Position numbers and translations under genes: made by a program. The notes under the pieces are model-generated. The model had not been told where the DNA came from and did not search any database. It was given only the letters and a program-made list of their open reading frames with translations. A stretch of DNA of 64,000 bases from Selaginella moellendorffii (taxonomy: Eukaryota > Plantae > Lycopodiophyta). Location of the stretch: the NCBI RefSeq assembly GCF_000143415.4, contig NW_003314314.1, forward strand, positions 70,318 to 134,317, given 5' to 3'. Shown piece after piece: positions 13,301 through 23,330 of the stretch (within the stretch, counting starts at the first letter, position 1; the number at the start of each line of letters is the position of its first letter).

Positions 13301-14212
13301 CCATGGAGGTGACGCTCCTTCCTGTAAATCAATGGGACAATCATAAGGCCGATGAATAGGCAGTACACTAGCTTTTTCCTTGTCAAACACATCCCCAAAA
13401 TCATGATACTTCTCAGGAAGACTGACAGGAGAAACATGCAAAGCAAAAAGAAAAAGAGGTTCTTCATGAAGGAGTTCTTTCATAGTGATTGTGGAGATAG
13501 GAGGAGGCGTACGACTAAATGGAATGATGAGACGAGGATACGGTCCAGTGTAAGATGGAAGAGAGGAAAAAGAAGAGGGTGAAAACTTTATAGAGTCAGG
13601 AACAGAACCCCGATTTGAGTTTAGGGAACTTTTCCTGATTCGGACTCGATGAATAGCAAGGGAAGCCGTGGGAGAGATGAGCTGTAATTCCTTCCAACAG
13701 ATCTGAGGCTGATGTAGTTGGAACCAAGGAAGACCGAGCACCACAGAGGAGGATTTGCTGTTGATGATGTTGAAGGCGATATCGGTGACGGTGGGCCTGA
13801 TGTGTACTCGAACGGGCAACGTTTCCCTAAGTCCAGAAGATGGAGACACAAAATGCCCGCCGATGCCTTCAACCCTCAAATCCCGTATGGTAGGAGAAAG
13901 AGGAACGTGATGTTGGGCAGCAAAGTCCGTGTCTATGAAGCAGGAAGTTGCACCCGAGTCCAGTAACGCCAAAGCCTTGAGTCCTGATTGTCCGGTGAAA
14001 GAAAGGAGACATGGGATGCGGATGTTGCGGGAATTGGTGGTGGCTTTGATGAAAGGTGGTGAGGAGCTTGATAAAGAAGAAAAGTGATTTTTATTCGGGG
14101 AGTCCAAACAGATAGCTCCTACTCTGTTTGGACAGGGTCGTTTCCCGACTGCAATAGAGGTGGACTTTGAGGCAGAGTGAACTCGAGCAGTCGAGGAGGC
14201 TTCTTGGGACAT
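10338..14212 (-). pseudogene. pol: Pol: aspartic protease, RT, RNase H, integrase, chromodomain; split into three ORFs by indels
   Basis: [11 protein letters not shown] (PR); VYLDDILIYS (RT); EADASDFAIG (RH); H-H-C-C plus SMDF...VSDRG (IN); YEVQDILDSK...[21 protein letters not shown] (chromodomain). Confidence 0.95.
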
Positions 14213-15126
14213 ATAGCTGCTTTATGATTAGGATCAGCACAATAGAGGCAAAGATTATGAGATATTCGACGTTGCTTCTCAGCAGGACTCAACTTCCCTC
14301 TAATGAGTCGGGGAGTACGAGAAATATCCATCGGAACCGGAGCAGTAGGTTCAGGAGTATGCCCCGAAGACTCAAGCTGGGATTCCTGAGTCTGGGACGG
14401 AAAAACAGCAGCGCGGCGACTTTCCTGACGACGTTCAAAGAGACGATTGTCACATCAAACAGCTTTGTTGATGGCATCCGACAGGTCCTTGGGATCCTCC
14501 ATGGTGAGCAACAAATCCTTGACACCGTTGTTGAGGCCGAAACGAAATTGGTCAATTAGGGCCCGCTCATCCCACTGAGTGTCCAAAGCAAGGAGTTGGA
14601 ACTCTGCAGCGTAGATCGAGGCAGGACGAGACCCCTGAGAGAGACGTCTCATCTTTGTGGTAGCAGCCCGAACCCGATCCGTCTCGCCAAAACATGCTTC
14701 GAGCTTCTCTTTGAACAATTGAAGATCCATCAGCTCTGGAACCACAACCCCTTTCATGCTCTTCTCCAGAAGAGGAGAAAACCATGACAAAGTTGCACCT
14801 TCAAGCAACGTCCCAATCGCGTCGATTTGAGACTCGGGAGTAGGGTACTGCCGATGTTGAAGTGCGAAGATCAACTCCATCTGGTTCAGGAATCTGCGAA
14901 GCTCCGAACGCTTGCCTGAAAATTTCGCCGGGAAGCTCACCTTCGGTTCAGGAACTTTGCTGGATCCTTGAGCCGAAAGTGAAGCAAGCTCCTGCTGCAT
15001 GCGAAGAAGGGTCGCCTTCAGCTCGGTATTCTCAGACTGGATTTTTGCAAGGACTTCAGCAAAGAAATCAGGATGGCTTGGAGACTCCATTGGCAAGAAG
15101 AAAGAAAAAGGGGGAAAAAAAGGCAA
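14119..15126 (-). pseudogene. gag: Gag (frameshifted) with CCHC zinc knuckle
   Basis: ORF 14455-15126 PAKFSGKRSELRRFLNQ...FRFGLNNGVKD; ORF 14119-14331 [15 protein letters not shown] (CX2CX4HX4C). Confidence 0.9.
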
Positions 15127-15185
15127 AGGTAATCAAACAATCAAAACGAAAATCAAAAAACAAAAAAACACAATTTGAATCAAAC

Positions 15186-15546
15186 TGTCAAGACCCCTAA
15201 CAAGATCAAGACTAGAAAATGCAAAAAGACAAAGAGAAAAGCTAGTGGAAACAAAGAAAAGGCCTTAGACTGGCGTTGATTCAGATTGTGGAGAAATGGA
15301 ACAAGGCTAACCTATATATACTATAGGTTGATGAAGCTCCACCACTCTTGGATCGAGGACGGCCTAAATATAGCTGAGGTCGAGGAGGCGCCACATCATC
15401 ATCAGGAATGTGGCTCGAGACTCAAGAATCGAGAAGTGTCTCGAGAGTCAGGAATAGGGAAGTGTCTCGAGAGTCAGGAATGTGGTCTGCAGGTCAGGAA
15501 TCCGGCAAGAGTTAGGAATGTGGCAAGAATTGGGGGATTCCTGACA
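15186..15546 (-). repeat. 5' LTR of Tcn1-like element
   Basis: TGTCA...TGACA termini; TATA-like TATATATA at 15313-15320. Confidence 0.95.
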
Positions 15547-15589
15547 TCTCTGGCTATAACATGTGACGTAAAGATAAGCAACAATAAAT

Positions 15590-15970
15590 TTGTGTTGCAA
15601 CACTCGAAACAAAAAATGCACCCAAATCTTGGGATTTAGAAGGTTTTGTGATTAAGTTTTGTTATACCTAAGCATATAAAATCCTAGAGGCTTGGTGTGT
15701 TTAGCTGGTTGTGCTTATAGGGATTGTAATTAAATCTTAAGTCCAAACTCACATAAGGAGAGGGATTAAAAGAAATATTACGAATCTGTAGATGGATGGC
15801 TAACACTTCATTACTTGTGTAGTGAGGAAGCTAAATCCAAGTAGGACCAAGTAAAAGATGGTATAATAAGTGGGGACCTTGGCAAGGGAACTTAACTAAT
15901 GCCAAAACAAAAGTGGTCGAATAAAAAAGGTAAGTTGGCAAATTAAAAAAAAAATATTTATAGCTTATAT
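15590..15970 (+). repeat. Decayed LTR fragment related to the family C LTR (paralog ~58200-58580)
   Basis: Reverse-complement similarity to 19060-19420 (e.g. CTTGGCAAGGGAACTTA, GGATGGCTAACACT, GCTTGGTGTG). Confidence 0.6.
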
Positions 15971-16703
15971 CAAACTCCAAACCATTTGTGCAACAAAATG
16001 AAGATTTGGTACACACTTAATATCTTTTACGAACACTAACTCCCCATATCCAACTTTTGCATGTAAAATAGTATCAAATGGTGTTTAGCCTAATTCTGGC
16101 ATACTGGTGGCCTATAACAAAAAGGTGGATACCCCACTGATTAGAGCAACATGGAACTTGAGATTATTCCCAAGTTAGACACAAAATCATGAGCAATACA
16201 ACCTAGCAGGAGCCAAATTAATATTTTAGATGGTCAATAATGCTTCCAAATACTATCTTTACTATACATTTAGAACCCCCCACAACCCCTCATCCCTCAC
16301 CCTATAAAAATGCATGCTTTTAGGCTTTCACCCCAATCTCAAGAACTAGTTTATGGGATTTGAAAATTTACTAGATATGGAATAGAACTAAATTGTGAAT
16401 TGGGATGTAGGAACAACACCATGGGATTCATGACACTCTCTAGATTCCATAGATATGCATTTTAGACAGATTTAACCACTTACTATAAATAGCACAAAGG
16501 ACTGAATGGAACCAATATATGAGGTATGAGTTTGGTGGACACAATAAGCTATCATAAAGCATTATTGAGGAACTAGACTCAACACATGAGGGTTTTTATC
16601 ATTAGCTAGTGCAACATACAACACATTTAGCTAATAATATATAAAAAATTCAATCCTTATGCTTGTTTAGTTTAAGTACACTTAAGATGTCCAATTAACT
16701 CCA

Positions 16704-17420
16704 CTAGCTGATCATCGGCTTGATCATCTGCTCCTCCTCTTGTTCTAGCTGCTGCTTCATCGGCTTCATCCGCTGCTCCTCCTCCTGTTCCTGCTCTTGC
16801 TTCATCGGCTTGATCGGCTTGATCGGCTGATTCGGCTGATTCTTCTCCTCTCGTTCCAGCTGCGGCTGCTCCTTGTGACCTTGCTCCTGTTTCACCTTGC
16901 GCCTGAGTTCCTTCGTCTCATGGGCTTCTTTCTCCTGCTCCTCCTCGCTCAGCTGCTCAACTTTCTTCTCTTGCTCCTCCTCCTTCAGCTGCTTCTCGGC
17001 TTCCTTTTCCTCCTCTTCTTCCAGCTTCATTGGCTTCATCTGATCGGCTTCTTTCTCCTCCTCGTTCACCTGCTGGGCTTTCTTCTCTTCCTTCAGCTGC
17101 TCCGTTTTCTTCTCTTGATTCTCCTCTTCGTCCTCCTTCTCTTGTTCCGGCTTGATCGGCTCCTTGTGCCCTCGCTCCTGTCGTATTGCTTCTAAGACGA
17201 TTTTCACCTCGTGCCTGAGTTCCTTCAACTTCAAGGCGGCGGCGTCCATGGCTTCTCCCGAGACGGCCTCACAAACACGATCTTGGACCTTCAGCTTCGA
17301 GGCCGCTGCGTCCATGGCTTCCGGGTGGACCTTGTTGTCGCCCTTGTGCGCCTTTTTTGGTCGAAAGAGAGACCACAAACCTGTGACGCATCCACTGCGC
17401 TCCTGCTCTGTTCGCGCCAT
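16704..17420 (-). CDS. Glu/Lys/Gln-rich low-complexity protein, probably 3'-truncated; function unknown
   Basis: 238-aa ATG ORF with GC-rich codon usage unlike its AT-rich flanks; internal repeats EAMDAAA and (I/M)KP; stop codon sits at the A/B homology breakpoint. Confidence 0.55.
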   Translation of the reverse strand: MARTEQERSGCVTGLWSLFRPKKAHKGDNKVHPEAMDAAASKLKVQDRVCEAVSGEAMDAAALKLKELRHEVKIVLEAIRQERGHKEPIKPEQEKEDEEENQEKKTEQLKEEKKAQQVNEEEKEADQMKPMKLEEEEEKEAEKQLKEEEQEKKVEQLSEEEQEKEAHETKELRRKVKQEQGHKEQPQLEREEKNQPNQPIKPIKPMKQEQEQEEEQRMKPMKQQLEQEEEQMIKPMIS

Positions 17421-18064
17421 AGCTTGCCCTTTGCAAAATGCCTTTAATGCCCTAACCCTTACTAAATCTATTTCACTTTAATGCGTTCGTTTACATTTCT
17501 CGGCAGTGACTTAGGCAGCGCCCTGGCTCTTGAAACTCAGACACGCTGGAACCAGCTCACAGGCTGCATCCCAGAAGATGTTTACACACTCTCATCTCTC
17601 AATATCTAGACTTGAGTCTGGAACAAGTCCCTGGAGCTGGTTTCTAATGCTTCCAGCTTGAGAGTGCTGATCAAACCAGCTACCAGATACCATCTGACCT
17701 CAGTAAACTTTCCAGAAGAAAACAAAGAAACGAGATGGTAGCTATAGTAAGTACAGTCTTTGTGTGCTTTCTTTGTTGGTGAATGTTTAGATGCTTACCC
17801 TAGATGTGCCATTCTTAACATGCAAACTTCCTGACATGACAAAACTTCAAGAGCATTGAATTCACAAGGTAAGTGCTCTCTATCATTCTCCTTAAAGCTT
17901 ATGCTTTATGTCATGCAGGAAAATGCAAGTCAATTTTGGTCATGTTTGCTGTTGAGCTGCATCTTGTTACCAAGCACACATACTTCTGCCACCAATTTGC
18001 TTTTTGAAACTGTTGTATGACATTGAATTTAGCAGACACAAAACTTTTTATTTGTTCTTTATTA

Positions 18065-18307
18065 GATATAACGTCCTATGAGTCCATTCTGAGTTCATCG
18101 TCAAGCTCAGGTGGTTCAGAGGAAGGAGGAGAAGCTGTTTTTAGTGATGGAGAGCATGTGGAGTTCGAGGACAATATTAGGGAAGATGCTGTTGCTTATA
18201 TGGTGGAAGAATCGTCATCAGATGGAGATCAAGATGCAGAGAAACTTATTTTCGGTCTCAAGGAGATATTTGATTTCAACCATATCCCACTAAAAAAGCA
18301 ATCTTGA
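18065..18307 (+). CDS. Candidate terminal exon of a small acidic protein
   Basis: Pyrimidine-rich acceptor ...TTAG at ~18064; acidic ORF SSSSGGSEEGGE...; short GT-AG intron upstream at ~17869-17918. Confidence 0.25.
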   Translation, partial: DITSYESILSSSSSSGGSEEGGEAVFSDGEHVEFEDNIREDAVAYMVEESSSDGDQDAEKLIFGLKEIFDFNHIPLKKQS

Positions 18308-19053
18308 ATTCTGAATAAAGAAGAACAGTATTTCTATGTATTACAAACAATGCTTTATGAGGGATGCAAGTTGTCTAGCTTCCCAACTTCAACAACTTCA
18401 AATAATACACTATTATGACCCAGCACTAAATAACAAAGACAAAGATGTTTAACCTTGCATAAACTATGTTATGCCTTCTCTTGAGGTTCCCTACATATAG
18501 TTGAGTTATCAAATAGTGATTAAAAGTCTCTTCCTTTAATCAGAATAGTCTTTTTTGTCATCTTTACTTTGCAAATTTTGCAACTTTTTAGTATTCAACT
18601 TAATGCTAATAAAAGATTAACTATTCTTTTTTCTTTATTACTTATTCTTCAATTGTGAATAATCAGTTTTATAATATCCAAGTTCACCACAATGATGACA
18701 TAAATTGGTGATGATCATAAATTTGGAATCTAACTTGCCACAACACTTGATACAATCTTTTCTACTAAGTAAAGAGCCCATTAGGTAAATTATACACTAT
18801 AAAATTAGGAAAATAAACAAATACCAATCATCCACTTTTGTAGCACACTTGGTTTTTACCTCCTATCCTATGGTGATTTACCATAGGATAACACTATGAA
18901 GCGGAATCTAAACCTAACATAAAGACATGGGTACTTCACCAGCTAGCATGGTGTGGAACTTGGGCTTAGACCTAAGCCAAATGCAAAACAAAGACAAGCA
19001 TGTAAGTAAGAGTTAAACTATGCCTCAGGTTGATCAGCTATGCGCGACCTACC

Positions 19054-21390
19054 TGTAAGCCACAAATTTTTCCTTTCCAATTTGCCAGCTTACCTCGTCT
19101 ATCCGTCCAACACTGCCTTGGCTTTTGCTAAGTTCCCTTGCCAAGGTTCTCGCCTATGGTACCAGCTCCTACTTGGTTTCAGCTACTCACTGCACGAGCA
19201 ACGGAGTGTTAGCCATCCTTCCACGGATTCCCAAATCACTCCCAATCCCCCTCCCCGGGTTAGACTGGACTTAAGGTTCGGCTACACTCCCCGCAAGCAC
19301 AAGCAGCCAAGCACACCAAGCTTCCAGGTTCCTAACATCCCTTGGTACCACAAGACTTGATCATGGGACCCTCTAAATCCCAAGTCTTGAGTGCAACACT
19401 TGCTTCAGGACGCCGGGGCGAAACACCGTGGCCTAACGGCCCGGTATGGGTACCTCTCGCCCCCCACTTCCATCCCGAAGGAAGGCCCAAGCCCCTAGGA
19501 AGGGCGAGGACCAATGAGCTGCATGGTACTCAAGTGGGGCACCACTCCACATGAGCCGAGAGCACCGCAATCGGTTTCCCTTTCGGGAGTGGGAGCTGCT
19601 CTTGAGCACTTCCTTGGATGGCCCCTCCGGCACCAGCCAAGTCCATGCTCACTCCCACCCAAGGCCCCTTAGTCCCAGTCCCAACCTCAAGTCGGTTTGG
19701 AAGCCCAACTGGAGAGTCCCTTCAAAACTGGTTCCTGGACCTCACTATCCCTACTATACTTTTGGAACCCCCTGCAGCCCCCCCCCCCTGGGGGACGCAC
19801 GCTTTGGGCTTTCACCCCTTGACCCGTATTAGTATTTGGACTTAGTCTCTGGCTCGATCTCGGATCCGATTTCGGATCCGACTTCGGATTCGGTCTCGGA
19901 CTCGATCGCGGACTCGATCTCGGACCTGATCTCGGGCCCGACCTCGGACTCGACTTCGGACTCGGTCTCGGACCCGATTTCGGATCTCGGACTCCGTCTC
20001 GAACTCGGTCTCGAACTCGGACTCGAACTCGGTCCCCGAGTCGGTCTTGGACTCGATTCCGGACTCTATCTCGAACTCGGTCCTAGAGTCGGTCTTGGAC
20101 TCGATCTTTGACTTGGTCCCATCCGATGAACTCTTTGTCATTTTGGTCATGCTTTCGGGGTTCCCTTAGCCTACGACACCTCGGCGAGTTGGTTCCTTAC
20201 AACTCCACCACCCATAGAAGAAGTTCGATGCCCACATCGAACGTCTCTTTTTTATCCTACGACTTGTTGACCATGTCTCCGGGGGCATCCCCCCACTTAG
20301 CGGTGTGCCTAAGTTAGCCTCCCCGGCCAAGAGCTCATGACAACGGAATATAGGTGTCCCTATACTCCTCCCCTCACCACGCCCTAGTATGGGGTCGGGA
20401 CTTGAACCCAGCCTTGCTTTACTAGGGGGTTGGGACTCGAACCCAACCTCCGTAGAATACGTCTACGGTTTCGACATCCCCGCAGGGAGTCGGGCGTAGC
20501 TCCCTACGCCTGGTCGACCTAGCTAACCCATGCTAATTAGCTCACCTTTGGCGCGCCTTCGGGTCCCAACATATGCCACTTGCTCAACTTTGCAAATTGA
20601 TATTTTTAATTGAACTTTGCATAAGTACATAGAGTTCTGCCTTGCAGAAATTCCTCCACTAGATCTCGCGCGTTCGCTAGGTTCTCCTCCGGTTCCCATG
20701 TTGCTTCGCAGTGTGGAAATCCTTTCCACTTCACATGGAACTCTCTCACCTCGCGTCCTTGTCGCTTGCTCTTGCGCGCATTGAGGATGGCCTCGACTTC
20801 GTATTCCTCTTCCCCTTGGATAACCTCAGGTAAAGGTCTTACTTGGTCTTTGCGAAGCGGATCCTCAAAGTACGGCTTGAGTAAGTTCACATGGAACACT
20901 GGGTGCATCTTCCCCATCTCTCGAGGAAGTCGGAGTCGGTAAGCCACTTTACCGATTCGTGCCTCAATCTCGTAAGGCCCCGCGAACCTGCTTAAGGAAC
21001 TCAAGATCAATTCATTTACAGGAATACATGCATTTTTACCTTTGGGTCAACTTTCGGCTGATCCCACTTGGTAGCCTAAGGTTCTTGGTGTTCAGCCACA
21101 CCTTCTCCCCAGCTTGGAACTCTACGTCCCGGCGCTTTAGGTTCGCGTACTTGGTTTGCCTTTGTTAAGCCCGTTCCAAGGAATCCCTCACTAGATTCCA
21201 AATGTTGAGTCTTTCCGCCGTGAATGCCTCCACTGCGGGTAACTCTCCATGATACTCGGCCACGCCGAGTTCCACAGGACCTTCAATAGCTCGCCCATTG
21301 ATGACTTCCCATGGACTCACCCCGATACTCGAATGTGGTGAGTTGTTATAACACATTTCCGCAAGTCCCAAATGACTTACCCAATCGGTC
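19054..21390 (-). mobile_element. 5'-truncated chromovirus (family C): integrase C-terminus, chromodomain, 3' UTR, PPT and 3' LTR (19054-20201)
   Basis: LTR TGTAAG...CTTACA; PPT GGGTGGTGGAGT on the minus strand; see CDS remnants below. Confidence 0.85.
20606..21390 (-). pseudogene. pol: Integrase C-terminus (GPY/F) plus chromodomain
   Basis: DWVSHLGLAEMCYNNSPHSSIGVSPW; RFAGPYEIEARIGKVAYRLRLP...HPVFHVNLLKPY; YEVEAILNARK...FHVKWKGFPHCEATWEPEENL. Confidence 0.88.
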
Positions 21391-22299
21391 TTTATATTTA
21401 TCCAATTTAAGTGTATGGTTATTGACCAATTTCTCAATTAGCCCAAGTGGGAACTGATAACGGGTCCAACAATACTGACCTTTTGTTATCGTGGCAGTAA
21501 GGAAATTGTGTCCATAAGGACTAGCCGACAAGTAACTTTCGATACCCAAAGTCACATTCGTGACAACTTTATACTCCACATAACGTTACTATTATCTCAT
21601 TTATATGTGGCAGAAGTGTTTAACAAACTTTGCTCCAAGTAGTGCAAGAATGGTCATCAAATATTAATCCTAGGTCCTAATATTATCAACTTATAACAAT
21701 CGTAAAAGTAAACTCAACTCTATTAGCAATGTTAGATCATGCTATTTCCATATTGAATTAGCAACACTTTTATTTCCATATTGAATTTACCAATCCTTTC
21801 ATTGTGTAAACCAGCTATTCCATGTAAGGCAACTAGTCATCCACTCATACCATAGTCCCACAGTGGATACTTTCGTTCGTGGATACTCTACTAAAAGGAA
21901 GGATGTACGCATGGATGCCCAATACGTACAATTTCAAATTTAGGAGTAGAAATATATGTTGCTCAAGGGTATATTATATTTTTAAGTAACCACTAATTAA
22001 TAGGATTTGAACCCGTGCCATTTGCTCCGATACCACACTATCTTTCTCCCCTTAAACCAACTGGAAAAGGATGAGAGAACCCTTAGTGGTTATTTTATCC
22101 TTATTTATTCCTGAAAGTTCCAAAAATCCACAATAACAATATATCCAAATTTCATCCCATGATCACATGCATTACACTAGCAAAATTCTTCCACTTTAAT
22201 AATGAAAAGATTGCAACATAATCACCTTTTAACAATGTCTAAAAACTATGCAAATACGCATAAATCTTTTTGAAAGTTTTGTTTTCATGGAGTAGTTCA

Positions 22300-23330
22300 C
22301 CTCCATTAGTTGCAACATATGGCTAATATACACAATAGAATTATATTAACTAAACACAATCATGCTCTTTTGCAACAACACACCTTTGAGATAATGTCAA
22401 AAGCATTTACAAAAGGTTGAATGTAGTTAAAATACTCAAAAACTAGAAAAATTGTCAACACATCTTTAAGATCTACGAATGTCTATTCCAATCCCAAATT
22501 AGATGAAAAATAATATGAACAACTTCATTAATGCTTGCAATGATAAAAAAGACAATAACATGAAAAAGATATTACACCTTGCCAAGAAAGTGTTGCATAT
22601 TGTTCATGCACTTTGGAGTAGAGAACTTTATAACATCCATAAGTTTGTCAGAATCAATTTGTAAATTTTCATGAAAAATATAATACTCAAGATATATGCA
22701 TTTTAACCGTATCAATGTCAAATTAACTTCCTATAGCTGATCCCAATGTTTTACAAACATCACAAGTGTGTTCCTCCTTGGATCAAGACATTATCAATGA
22801 AATTAATAGTCACCTTTAACATATTGTAAAGTATATCATCCAAAAAGTCTCCAAAGAATTATTCAATCTATACAACATCATAAAAAATTCATATAAATTA
22901 AATGGGTTATAGAAAGTAATATTTAGAACATCCTCCTTATGTAAGCAACTAAATCATTTAACCACACATTTGACCATTTGAAGGAGTTTCACTCACCATT
23001 TTTATAAATTTTATTCCCATCTTAAGGACTTGCTAACCTCATGAATGACTTGTATGCCACTCAACTTTTGCACTTGGTTCAAATGCTCCAAATGTTCAAT
23101 CCCACGATAAACACCTAAAGATACCAATAACATATCATCCTATTATACTAAAGTAATATCCATTCACCTTTATTTAATTGGTAACCTAGGACCACCTATA
23201 CCACAATGTTGTCTCCCAAAGATTGGGCCATCTGTCCATGAGTGGTTATCTTATGACCACATTTTAGCATCCTTAGGATGCTTAAAAACATAGAAAACAC
23301 CCTTCTTTAATATCCCTTTTTCAGTCTCTA
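22300..23330 (-). pseudogene. Highly decayed Ty3/gypsy RT remnant
   Basis: Minus-strand traces of ...YEFFMML.RLNN and FIDNVL...EEH at RT-like spacing (~22750-22930); no ORF. Confidence 0.4.

Larger units (their letters stand above)
9966..15546 (-). mobile_element. Full-length Ty3/gypsy chromovirus (Tcn1/Tf1-sushi-like), disabled
   Basis: 361-bp LTRs 9966-10326 and 15186-15546 with 7 differences; TSD TCTCT (9961-9965/15547-15551); empty site 58155-58159; purine tract next to the 3' LTR; order gag-PR-RT-RH-IN-chromodomain. Confidence 0.95.
18839..21565 (-). mobile_element. Solo LTR of family A (inverted, internally deleted), interrupted by a family C element
   Basis: 18839-19053 and ~21390-21565 are reverse complements of the family A LTR ends; TSD ACTTT (18834-18838/21566-21570). 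Confidence 0.8.
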
